A stretch of DNA of 44,300 nucleotides from Chromatiales bacterium USCg_Taylor (GTDB lineage Bacteria > Pseudomonadota > Gammaproteobacteria > JACCXJ01): positions 1 to 44,300 of the forward strand of contig MUGK01000042.1 of NCBI GenBank assembly GCA_002007425.1. The letters are read 5' to 3'. The position numbers and the translations under genes are program-made. Shown piece by piece: positions 9,818 to 18,681 of the stretch; within the stretch, counting starts at the first letter, position 1, and each line of letters begins with the position of its first letter. Below the pieces are notes generated by a model. That model was not told the origin of the DNA. It ran no database searches and was given only the letters and a program-made list of their open reading frames with translations.

Positions 9818-11695
9818 CTATGGCGTGCTTACAAGCGAGGCACCGATGTCACGATGCTGTTCTAGCCACGTCGCATTGTCCCGTGAAAAATCGTTGTAGT
9901 GGGCTATCACCACCTCGGGCTCGTCGTCCATAACCAGCCGCCCTTTTTCGAGCCAGATGACGCGCGAGCAAAAATTCCCCAGCTGTTTGACATTGTGTGA
10001 CACCATGACCACCGCTCCCGCATTCGCTCGCATGGATTGCATGCGCTCGTCAGCCTTGCTGCTGAATGACTGATCGCCGGTAGACATGGCTTCATCCAGA
10101 ATCAGGATCTCCGGCTTGACGGCGGTCGCCACGGCGAACGCGAGTCGGCTGCGCATTCCGGATGAATATGTCCTCATGGGCTCGTCGATAAATTCCCCGA
10201 TCTCCGAGAAAGCGATGATGTCCGTCATATTTCTCATGACCTCCTTCCTGGTTAGTCCTAGGAGCGTGCCGCTGAGCAGCACATTCTCACGGCCTGTCAG
10301 TTCGGGTCGAAACCCTACTCCCAATGCTAAAAGTTGCACCCGGCCGTTACGGATCACCTCGCCATGGTCCGGGTGTAATGTGCCGGCCATTAGCATACAT
10401 AGTGTGCTTTTTCCTGAGCCATTGCGCCCGACGATTCCAACCATCTCTCCTTCAGCGACGGAAAAACTCACGTTTTTCAGCGCCCAGTAATATTTCCCCT
10501 TGTTGGACCGCCGTATTCCGCCGAACCAGGAAACAGCGCTTCTGTCATAGAAAACGCTGACCTCACGAACGGTAACGGCTACACGAGGCTCCTGCTTTGC
10601 GCGAGCGGTTGCATCGATGCGCGCCGCGGATTCGGTAAATACGTTTTGAGAAACCGGATCCCGCTGCTGCGGAATGACTTGGTCGGTGAAGACGCGGTTG
10701 CCAAATTCGTAGGTAATGAGCTCGTCGTCCACGGGAAGCTCGACACCCCTCGGCGGACTGGCTAGGTGGAAGACCTGGGGCTCGGCAAAGCGGACAATTT
10801 CCGGTACCGGCATCGCCCACGTCAGCGCGCCCGTTACAACGTCGAACGCGACCAGGCCGGATCGTTGTCCACGCTGATGAAAATCGCCTATTCCACAATA
10901 GATCGAATCTTCGCACATCGCCATGCCGCGCATGTCCCGGCCAAGCTGTGCATATCCCGGATCGCTCATGTGCGGCGTGGCAGTCCACTCGCTGGCTCGC
11001 GAGATCAGCCCGGTTTCATGAACCGCATCGTAGCAACTCAATTGCGTACCATTATTGTCGATCAGGAAGAAGCGCTCTCCGCTGAACAGGCCGCCGATGG
11101 GATCGTGGAGGCCATCGAAAAGCACTTCGCCGTGGTCTGTATCGACCACGACCCCCCTCTGTGAGCCGTTGCAGCCGGCTACGATCAGCAGCAATCTCTC
11201 ATCAGGCGCAACGCACATTCCTCGTATACTGCCATATTGGAATTCGGCTCCCAGCCACCCGGGAGACTCGCACAGATCCGCGGCTATTGCCCACAAGTGC
11301 CGGCGCCCGATGAACACTCCCTCGAGATCGAATTCCTCAATGCAGCATTGGCTGTTGTTTCCGACCCACACGCGCCTGCGCGCGTTTGAGGCTGCGACCG
11401 GGATCAGGTTCGCTTGCTTAGGGCCTCCGAGAACCCAATCCTTGCGAATGACCTCGCGCTCGAGGCGGAACAGCGGCGCATTCACGTCCTGTTCTACTGT
11501 ATATATGCGCAGACTTGCTTGCGTGACCGCGTATATGCGCCTGTCGACGACTGCAATCCCCCGTATTCCGGCAGATCGGAGCAAGTCGCTGGCTTGTTCC
11601 ACTTGCACGTACCGTAAGCCTCTGCCCGGCTCGACGATTCCCAGCGCCCCTCTCTGCCCGTCCGCACCTACCAATGAGACCAAAATGCCCGCCAT
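9818..11695 (-). CDS. wzt: Wzt/TagH-type polysaccharide ABC exporter ATPase with ~350-aa N-terminal beta-propeller-like extension
   Basis: C-terminal half: YWALKNVSF, Walker A GRNGSGKST, GFRPELTGRENV, signature YSSGMRSRLAFA, Walker B ILILDEA, VSH. The N-terminal half has beta-rich repeats (RGIAV, RGMCV, RGMAM). Confidence 0.88.
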   Translation of the reverse strand: MAGILVSLVGADGQRGALGIVEPGRGLRYVQVEQASDLLRSAGIRGIAVVDRRIYAVTQASLRIYTVEQDVNAPLFRLEREVIRKDWVLGGPKQANLIPVAASNARRRVWVGNNSQCCIEEFDLEGVFIGRRHLWAIAADLCESPGWLGAEFQYGSIRGMCVAPDERLLLIVAGCNGSQRGVVVDTDHGEVLFDGLHDPIGGLFSGERFFLIDNNGTQLSCYDAVHETGLISRASEWTATPHMSDPGYAQLGRDMRGMAMCEDSIYCGIGDFHQRGQRSGLVAFDVVTGALTWAMPVPEIVRFAEPQVFHLASPPRGVELPVDDELITYEFGNRVFTDQVIPQQRDPVSQNVFTESAARIDATARAKQEPRVAVTVREVSVFYDRSAVSWFGGIRRSNKGKYYWALKNVSFSVAEGEMVGIVGRNGSGKSTLCMLMAGTLHPDHGEVIRNGRVQLLALGVGFRPELTGRENVLLSGTLLGLTRKEVMRNMTDIIAFSEIGEFIDEPMRTYSSGMRSRLAFAVATAVKPEILILDEAMSTGDQSFSSKADERMQSMRANAGAVVMVSHNVKQLGNFCSRVIWLEKGRLVMDDEPEVVIAHYNDFSRDNATWLEQHRDIGASLVSTP

Positions 11696-11704
11696 GGCCC
11701 CTCC

Positions 11705-12490
11705 CTAAAGTAACTTCACGATCTTACGCGACTGCCAGCGGCTCCAGATAAGCCCGATCTGCACAAGCAACAACGCCGCGACGAGCAAGCCGGCGAACGG
11801 TTGCCATCCGTACATGCTGCCGGCCAGAATGAGATCGCGCAGACTGGAAATGATCCAGGCCAGCGGATTGGCTTGAAAGAGGAGCTTGGCAGCATCCGGG
11901 ATGCTGCCTGACTCTAGCACCCTGGAAGTCGGATACAGAATCGGCGTCAGCAGAAACCCGGCGCGCAGCACGTATCCCATGATCTCGTTGGTGTCCTTGA
12001 AGTGTACCTCGCAGACGGACAGAAACAGCGCCAAACCGTAACTGTAGACCCCGATGAGGACCAGAAGCGGGAGGCTCGCCAGTAAATGAAATCCCGGAGC
12101 CTGCCTGCTCCAAGCCATGATGATTAGGAGGCCGACCGCTGCGAATACGAATTGCACCACTATAGGAATGGCGACGATGGTCTGGATCGGCATCCCGATC
12201 TGGCGAATCAGCGCGCGGTTGGCGCTGATCGCCCGCGTGCACTGACCGAGAGCCCGGGAGAAAAAGAGCCAAGGGATAACGCCATAGAGGAGGAACAGGT
12301 GGTAATTTTCCCCGCCCCCCTCAAAGATAATCCTGACGATGAAATAGTAGACGGCCATTAGGAACAACGGATCGAGCAACCACCATAGATATCCTAACGC
12401 CGTCCGGGAGACGGTTGTCTTCAGATGCAACTGAACCAGCGTTAGGAACGCGTCTCGATTTGCGAGCAATTCCGAGCAAATCCTTATCAC
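11705..12490 (-). CDS. wzm: Wzm/TagG-type ABC-2 polysaccharide export permease
   Basis: TALGYLWWLLDPL, LLYGVIPWLFF, FLLTPILYP, ANPL; about 6 TM segments. Start assigned to GTG 12490 behind a GGAGG RBS. Confidence 0.9.
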   Translation of the reverse strand: MIRICSELLANRDAFLTLVQLHLKTTVSRTALGYLWWLLDPLFLMAVYYFIVRIIFEGGGENYHLFLLYGVIPWLFFSRALGQCTRAISANRALIRQIGMPIQTIVAIPIVVQFVFAAVGLLIIMAWSRQAPGFHLLASLPLLVLIGVYSYGLALFLSVCEVHFKDTNEIMGYVLRAGFLLTPILYPTSRVLESGSIPDAAKLLFQANPLAWIISSLRDLILAGSMYGWQPFAGLLVAALLLVQIGLIWSRWQSRKIVKLL

Positions 12491-12539
12491 TAAACACCCT
12501 CCGGCGGCGCCGGCTCGCACGAAGAATTGCGGTACATAT

Positions 12540-13715
12540 TTAGGCGTGGTCCGGGCCGTTGATGAAGTACGTAAACATCCCGGCCTGCTGCTCCCAGTTA
12601 AACCGATCGAGGTAAGCACGGCGTCCAGCCTGGGCATGCTGTCGCCGTAAGTCCTGGTTTTCGAGATAAGAGCAGATCGCGCCGGCTGCTTGCGCAGAAT
12701 CCTCGGCGTCAATGCTGATCCCGAAACCGTGGTCGCGGACGAAAGCGCCGATCGAGCCGACGTCGGAAACGACGATCGGCAGGCCGGCCTGCATGTAGGT
12801 GAAGATCTTTCTGCAGTTGCCTTCGCCCGCGAGGTGATTTCTTTCCTTCTGCAGAATAGCAAGGCCAATGAGCGAGGCCCGCAAATAGGCCTGCAATCTC
12901 CGGTAGGGCATCTGGGCCCGGAAGATCGTGACGTCAACGATCCCCAGATCGTGTCGCAATCGATCGATGTACTCCTGCTTTTCCTGAAGAGGTCCAATAA
13001 ACAGGAAGCGGATGTCCGGAAACCGATCTCTAACCGCCGGTATCGCACGCAGCGCAACGTCCAGCCCCTTGATCCGCGTAAGCCGGCCCGCATAGGCAAC
13101 GATCCTTGCGCTACCGAGCTCGCTCGCTGCCGCGGCGATCTCTGCCGCGTCGGGCTCATCATCCCGAGACGGCGTATTCCATAGCGCCAAGACGGGCCGG
13201 CGCATGCGCCGGTAATATTCTTCAAGCCAACCGTCGCGCGAGTCGATGGTCGTGATGGCAGCGACGCGCGCCAACCAGAGCCGTTCGAGGCGCCGGACCA
13301 ACGGGCGCGCCAGCCACCCGAGCCGCCCGAAATAACGCAGCATGTCTTCGCAGAAATACTCAGGGGCATCGTAGTAGAGTTTCCCGCAAAGCCCCGCCAG
13401 GACCGGTGCGGCGGGTAGAAGACAAAAGTGCGTCATGAAGATCGCGTCGACCCTGCCAATGCGGCGGATGGCCATGATGATTTGGCGTAGAAGCGACGGC
13501 AGCTTCCACAACAGGGTCGCGCTGCCGGCACCCGCCCGCAGGGGGATGTTGTGCCATTCGGACACCCATTCGTCCGGGATCGCCCGATCGCGCGGCCAAT
13601 TCCTGTTCCAGGATATAACGATGATCTCATGGCCGTCGCGGGAAAGCGTTTTACACATCAGCCGATGGCGCGGGATAATATCGGCATAGCAGCAGATGAA
13701 GATGAAGCGCTTCAT
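12540..13715 (-). CDS. Glycosyltransferase family 4
   Basis: YYDAPE, WNTP, YAGRLTRIKGL, KIFTYMQAGLPIVVSD, FNWE. Confidence 0.88.
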   Translation of the reverse strand: MKRFIFICCYADIIPRHRLMCKTLSRDGHEIIVISWNRNWPRDRAIPDEWVSEWHNIPLRAGAGSATLLWKLPSLLRQIIMAIRRIGRVDAIFMTHFCLLPAAPVLAGLCGKLYYDAPEYFCEDMLRYFGRLGWLARPLVRRLERLWLARVAAITTIDSRDGWLEEYYRRMRRPVLALWNTPSRDDEPDAAEIAAAASELGSARIVAYAGRLTRIKGLDVALRAIPAVRDRFPDIRFLFIGPLQEKQEYIDRLRHDLGIVDVTIFRAQMPYRRLQAYLRASLIGLAILQKERNHLAGEGNCRKIFTYMQAGLPIVVSDVGSIGAFVRDHGFGISIDAEDSAQAAGAICSYLENQDLRRQHAQAGRRAYLDRFNWEQQAGMFTYFINGPDHA

Positions 13716-13775
13716 GTGGAATAGGGGTCCGCGAGCGACGTAATCTGACCGTAGTCTCCGTTCGGGCGAGTGATC

Positions 13776-14927
13776 TCAACCGGCCCAGCGGACCCGCGGC
13801 ATGATGCGCTTCCGATCGATCCGATCTCGGTAGGGCAGCACCCGTTGGAGCATGTCCGTGAGCACCTTTTCGGTCAGGTAATGCGGTTGCAGCCCGAGTT
13901 CGATCAAGCCGCTGTGCCGCGGATTGTAGTAGTGCTCTTCCAGCTCCTTGCGCGGATTGGGAATGGACTCCACGGCGACCTCGATTCCAAGGCCATGCGC
14001 CGCGCGCTTCACCGTGTCCGCCAGATCGTTGACCGTAAATTGCTCAGTGAACTGGTTGAAAATGCGTAGTTGTCCCGGTTCCGATGGGTGGGTCGCGGCC
14101 AGCTCGACACACTGCAACGTGTCGTTCAGGTTGAGATAGCCGCGGGTCTGCCCGCCCCGTCCATAGACCGTAAGCGGGATGCCGGCGACGGTCTGTACAA
14201 GGAACCGGTTGACCACGGTCCCGAAGATGTCGTCGTAGTGGAAGTTCGGCAGCAGCCGCTCATCGAGGTCGGCCTGCGCGGTGGACAGCCCGTAAACCGG
14301 GCCCTGCATGAGATCGGTCACGCGCAGCCGGTAGGTACGCACATAGAACCAGAGCAGATCCGTGTCTAGTACTTTTGTCGTGTGATACAAGCTGCCCGCT
14401 TGTCGCGGGTATAGAAACTTGTCCTTGCGCCCATGGTGCTCAATCTCTATCCAGCCTTCCTCAATGTCGATGTTCGGCGTTCCGTATTCGCCCATGGTGC
14501 CGAGCTTGATGATGTGGCACTGTGGCGCATGCTCCAGCACCGCCCAGATAATGTTGAAGGTCACGCCCAGGTTGTTTCGCAGCGTCAGATTCGCCTCCTG
14601 AAAGCCGATCATCGAATACGGGGCGGAGGGCTGTTCCGCGTAATGGATAATCGCTTCCGGGTCGAAATCCCGGACGATGCGAGAGAGAAGGGCGTAGTCC
14701 GCGCAATCGGCAATCTCCACATGCAGGCGTATCCCCGTGGCAGACTCGAAGATCCGCGCTCGCTCATTAAGATTCGGGGTCGGGATCAGCGCTTCCGATT
14801 CAGTCTCCATGGCGATACGCCGCCGCAGATAGTTGTCCACCAGACACACTTCATGCGATTTCGCCGCGAACGCCATGGCGGTCGGCCACCCCAAGTACCC
14901 GTCCCCACCGAGTATCAAAACGCGCAC
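13776..14927 (-). CDS. sqdB: UDP-sulfoquinovose synthase (SqdB/SQD1/Agl3 family)
   Basis: GGDGYLGWPTA, VDNYLRR, HYAEQPSAPYSM, IKLGTMGEYGTPNIDIEEG, PRQAGSLYHTTK, TDLMQGPVYG, YDDIFGTVVNRF, PLTVYGRGGQTRG, NPRKELEEHYY are characteristic SqdB motifs. Confidence 0.9.
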   Translation of the reverse strand: MRVLILGGDGYLGWPTAMAFAAKSHEVCLVDNYLRRRIAMETESEALIPTPNLNERARIFESATGIRLHVEIADCADYALLSRIVRDFDPEAIIHYAEQPSAPYSMIGFQEANLTLRNNLGVTFNIIWAVLEHAPQCHIIKLGTMGEYGTPNIDIEEGWIEIEHHGRKDKFLYPRQAGSLYHTTKVLDTDLLWFYVRTYRLRVTDLMQGPVYGLSTAQADLDERLLPNFHYDDIFGTVVNRFLVQTVAGIPLTVYGRGGQTRGYLNLNDTLQCVELAATHPSEPGQLRIFNQFTEQFTVNDLADTVKRAAHGLGIEVAVESIPNPRKELEEHYYNPRHSGLIELGLQPHYLTEKVLTDMLQRVLPYRDRIDRKRIMPRVRWAG

Positions 14928-14928
14928 G

Positions 14929-16005
14929 TCAAATACCCCCCCTTTCGGCTACTTGCAGGATCCGGTTCCGCTCGATAAACTCCTTGATCTGATCGATGGT
15001 CATTGGTGCCCTGTTTGCGCTCGTGTATGGCACGTCAACGCTACTACTAACAAGCTCTGGGTAACTGTAATCGATGTCTTCGTAGACATGCCGGAACGCA
15101 GGCGGGACAGCATACATTTCGCGTAGCTCAAGTGCTCGGTTCGTTTCCTCTGCCGTCATCAACTCTTCGTAAAGCTTTTCTCCGGCCTTGGCGCCAATCT
15201 CGCGGATCTCTATGGACCGCTCATTGGGGCCGGCCAGCAGATCAATCATGGCTCGCGCCAAGTCGTCAATCTTCAGAACCGACATCTTCGTGACAAACAC
15301 TTCCCCGCCCCTGGCCAGCTCAGCGGCACGCAGGACCAGTCGTGCGCTGTCCTCAATGGTCATTACGAAGCGGGTCATGCGCGGATCGGTAAGCGTGATC
15401 GGGCCGCCAGCCAGGATCTGCTTGTAGAAAAGTGGCACAACCGATCCGCGCGAGCCGATAACGTTACCAAAGCGCGTCGAGGAAAAGATCGTGCGCTGGG
15501 ATCCCTTTAGACTGTTGGCGGCGCTCACGAGGCGTTCGCTCATGAGCTTGGAGGTACCCATCACGCTGGTCGGGTTTACAGCCTTGTCAGAACTGGTGAA
15601 GATGACACGCTCCACGTCATGCGCGAGCGCAGCGTTCACAACGTTTTTTACGCCGAGGATGTTGGTTTGCACAGCATCGAAAGGCGAGCGTTCGCACAAC
15701 AACACGTGCTTGAGCGCCGCGGCGTGGAGAACAACATCGACCCCCTGCATCATACTGTCCATCTTATCCGGATCGCGCACATCGCCCACGTATGCGTGAA
15801 AACTACTGCGCTCGGCATCGCTCCCGCGCGCGTAGGCGCGGTACGCCACGCCGAACTCCTCTTCCAGGTTGAATACCTCGGACTCGTTGCTGTCGACGAC
15901 GCGTAGCCCCGCGGGCCGTTGCCGCAAGGTGTGACGGATAAGCTCGCGCCCCACCGTGCCTGCTCCCCCCGTTAGCAGGACCGTCTTGCCGGTTAGCAGG
16001 TTCAT
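14929..16005 (-). CDS. UDP-GlcNAc 4,6-dehydratase family (Polysacc_synt_2; CapD/PseB-like)
   Basis: TGGAGTVG, HAAALKHV, SSDKAVNPTSVMGTSK, TRFGNVIGSRGSVVP, TDPRMTRF, GEKLYEEL. Confidence 0.9.
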   Translation of the reverse strand: MNLLTGKTVLLTGGAGTVGRELIRHTLRQRPAGLRVVDSNESEVFNLEEEFGVAYRAYARGSDAERSSFHAYVGDVRDPDKMDSMMQGVDVVLHAAALKHVLLCERSPFDAVQTNILGVKNVVNAALAHDVERVIFTSSDKAVNPTSVMGTSKLMSERLVSAANSLKGSQRTIFSSTRFGNVIGSRGSVVPLFYKQILAGGPITLTDPRMTRFVMTIEDSARLVLRAAELARGGEVFVTKMSVLKIDDLARAMIDLLAGPNERSIEIREIGAKAGEKLYEELMTAEETNRALELREMYAVPPAFRHVYEDIDYSYPELVSSSVDVPYTSANRAPMTIDQIKEFIERNRILQVAERGGI

Positions 16006-17132
16006 GTTACCGCGTCCCGTACCCAGGTGATGATACAGTCTTGGGTATCCGCATCTAGATACGGATGCATCGGTAAGCTCAGTACTTCGGCCGCGAGCTT
16101 TGCGGATGTCGGCAAACCGCCCGGACTCGTGGGGTAATGCAAATATGCCGTCTGGCAGTGGAGCGGTTTGGGATAGTAAATAGCGGTCGGAACTTTGTGC
16201 TCCTTCAATCGCTCCGCTAGCCGATCCCGCTGTTCAGTACGGACCGTATATTGCGCCCAAGCACTGAACGCGCCGCTGGCAACCTTTGGTGTGGCGACCA
16301 CATCACCCAGTGCCTCGTTATATCGCCGGGCCACGCGCTGCCGGGCCTCGATTTCCTCTTCGAAAATACTTAGTTTTTCAATGAGTATCGCCGCTTGCAA
16401 GGTATCGAGGCGGCCATTGACGCCGATGCGTACATTGTCATATTTGTCTTTTCCTTGACCGTGAGCCCGCAGTGATCGAAACACATCAGCCGTGTCAGTG
16501 TCATCGGTGAACAATGCCCCGCCGTCGCCGTAGCATCCGAGCGGCTTGGCGGGGAAGAAGCTCGTGGCTGTGATCGGCGCCATGGTGCCTACGCGCCGGC
16601 CTGCCCGTGCACCGCCAAAGCTTTGTGCCGCATCGGCAATGATATATAGATCGTATTCCCGTGCGATCCGGCGTACCTCATCGTAATCAACAGGTTGCCC
16701 AAAGAGATCGACCGGGATAACCACCCGTGGTATAAGACCTAGCTTTTTTGCGACATCTATGGCTGCTCTAAGACTAGCCATACTGATCAAATAATTACCT
16801 TCGTTGATATCCACAAAAACGGGGGTAGCGCCTAAAAGCACGACGACCTCGGCTGTGGCAACAAACGTGAATGAGGGCACAAAGACAGCATCGCCTGCTT
16901 TCACACCGAGGGCCATTAATGCTATCAGCAGTGCATCGGTACCGCTGGCGCAGCTTACGACGTGCTTAGCTCCACTGAAAGCTGCCAACGCCTGTTCTAG
17001 TTCTTCAACCTCGGGGCCAAGAATATAGTTCCCATGTGCCAGCACCCGTTTTAATGCCTCGTCAATCCGGTGCTGAAGCCGGTTGTGCTGTGTTTTTAGA
17101 TCGATAAATTGAATCGAATCGATGATGATCAT
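16002..17132 (-). CDS. DegT/DnrJ/EryC1/StrS PLP-dependent sugar aminotransferase (WbpE-like)
   Basis: FIDLKTQ, YILGPEV, SGTDAL, PSFTFVATAE, DAAQSFG, SFFPAKPLGCYGDGG, NGRLDTLQAA, LSLPMHPY. Confidence 0.93.
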   Translation of the reverse strand: MIIIDSIQFIDLKTQHNRLQHRIDEALKRVLAHGNYILGPEVEELEQALAAFSGAKHVVSCASGTDALLIALMALGVKAGDAVFVPSFTFVATAEVVVLLGATPVFVDINEGNYLISMASLRAAIDVAKKLGLIPRVVIPVDLFGQPVDYDEVRRIAREYDLYIIADAAQSFGGARAGRRVGTMAPITATSFFPAKPLGCYGDGGALFTDDTDTADVFRSLRAHGQGKDKYDNVRIGVNGRLDTLQAAILIEKLSIFEEEIEARQRVARRYNEALGDVVATPKVASGAFSAWAQYTVRTEQRDRLAERLKEHKVPTAIYYPKPLHCQTAYLHYPTSPGGLPTSAKLAAEVLSLPMHPYLDADTQDCIITWVRDAVT

Positions 17133-17192
17133 GTAATTCGTTTAGCTATATTTTTCTTCCCCGCGGCAAAATCTTATCGGCGCCCTTAGGCG

Positions 17193-17851
17193 CTAGCCCT
17201 CGGCGTCCCGGGCGCCATGACCGCGCACCGTGACGCGATGAGCCCGTATCTCTAGGCTTGCGGATGGCGGCGCTACCTTCAATAGCGCCGGTGTCAGAAT
17301 TCGCTCTCGTGGGACCGCATTACCTAAAGCTTCCACAAATTCCGTGATGCCATCAAGCTGGGTTACCACGTAGAAATCGCACGGGGGCAGGTCTTCAACC
17401 CGTTGCCACACGGGCAAATCGAGGAACCGCATCTCGGCGTGGCGGGGGTCATAAGTGCCTAGCAAGGTGATACCGTGCTCACGCGCCCGTAACGATGCAA
17501 TCTCGGCGAGCTCTGAGACGCCGCATAGCAGGACCCGCGTACGGCCGTTCGCCGCGCAGGTCTGAAACACCTCAACACAGGAGAGCGCCGCCTGACGGTA
17601 AAACTCGAATGAGTGCGATAGGTATTTCGCCGTGAGCCGGCTTTTCTCGGCAAAACCTTTACGGGTCAAGTAATAGAAATACCGGTTCGCCGGCGCCAGC
17701 TTGATCTTGATCAGGCCTTTGCGAACGCAACGCTTGGGCCCAGGGCGACCCCTAGCCGTTGCGCGAGATGCCGTTGCGTGAGGGAATCGCCTCCATCGAC
17801 AGCAGTAAGCAATTCTAGAGTCAACGCCTCTTCTCGATCTTTATCGTTCAC
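17193..17851 (-). pseudogene. MarR-family (EPS-associated) winged-helix regulator, frameshifted by a short internal deletion
   Basis: GTG 17851 reads MNDKDREEALTLELLTAVDGGDSLTQRHLAQRLGVALG. After 17736-17737 another frame continues KRCVRKGLIKIKLAPANRYFYYLTRKGFAEKSRLTAKYL into the 158-aa ORF. Confidence 0.8.
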
Positions 17852-17860
17852 TTTGTGAAC
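17846..17860. promoter_or_regulatory. Palindrome GTTCAC-TTT-GTGAAC overlapping the regulator start codon (candidate operator)
   Basis: Perfect 6-3-6 dyad in the divergent regulator/aat intergenic region. Confidence 0.35.
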
Positions 17861-17946
17861 ACTATAATTCCAGGTGAGCTCGAGCGTCAATCACTTCCGA
17901 TCAGAGAGTCTGATACAATTTTGGTAAACGCCGCGCCAACTCCTCC

Positions 17947-18681
17947 GTGGAAACGCTTCTCTATTGGATCGCCGAGCAACGGACGACTTGCGGGTTTCCC
18001 GCTGCGGAACAGGCCCTGGAGGAGCCGGACGGCCTCCTCGCCATCGGCGGCGATCTCGGCAGCCGCCGCTTGCTCGAGGCCTATCGCCATGGGATATTTC
18101 CCTGGTACGATAGCACCCAGCCGATCCTGTGGTGGTCGCCGAACCCGCGCAGCGTATTATTCCCGGAGGGTTTGGTGATTTCGCGCAGCCTGCGGCGTAG
18201 CCTCAATCGATGCGCGTACGAAATTACCATCGACCGGAGTTTTCCAGAGGTCATCCAGGCCTGCGCGGAGCCCCGCAAGGATGGCCAAGGAACTTGGTTA
18301 ACGCCGGCGATGATCGACGCGTATACTGCCTTGCACCGAGAGGGTCATGCGCATTCCATCGAGGCATGGAATGACGATCGATTGATCGGCGGGCTCTACG
18401 GCATTTGCATTGGCCGCGTTTTTTTTGCTGAATCGATGTTCAGCCGCAGGCCCGATGCCTCTAAGATCTGCTTGGTGCGGCTCGCGAAGCATTTACTTAC
18501 ATGGGATTTCAAACTAATTGACTGTCAGGTGCATTCCCAACATATCGAGCGTTTGGGGGCTCTTCGGATCCCCCGTAGCCAATTCATCGCAATGCTCGAT
18601 CGTTGGTGCCCAGCGACGATAAGCGAAAACGCATGGCAGAGCAATCCGCAAGACCGGCCTCCCGCACGGCGTTCTATATAA
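17947..18681 (+). CDS. aat: Leucyl/phenylalanyl-tRNA--protein transferase
   Basis: GLLAIGGDL, AYRHGIFPW, ILWWSPNPR, GHAHSIEAW, GGLYG, FFAESMFS, DASK, IDCQ. Confidence 0.95.
   Translation: METLLYWIAEQRTTCGFPAAEQALEEPDGLLAIGGDLGSRRLLEAYRHGIFPWYDSTQPILWWSPNPRSVLFPEGLVISRSLRRSLNRCAYEITIDRSFPEVIQACAEPRKDGQGTWLTPAMIDAYTALHREGHAHSIEAWNDDRLIGGLYGICIGRVFFAESMFSRRPDASKICLVRLAKHLLTWDFKLIDCQVHSQHIERLGALRIPRSQFIAMLDRWCPATISENAWQSNPQDRPPARRSI

Noticed and set aside
12491-13369. N-terminal 293 aa of the 554-aa Wzm ORF (apparent fusion)
   Set aside because: It overlaps the genuine GT4 gene in another frame and has shadow-ORF composition (R/S/P-rich). A GGAGG-GTG start exists at 12490.
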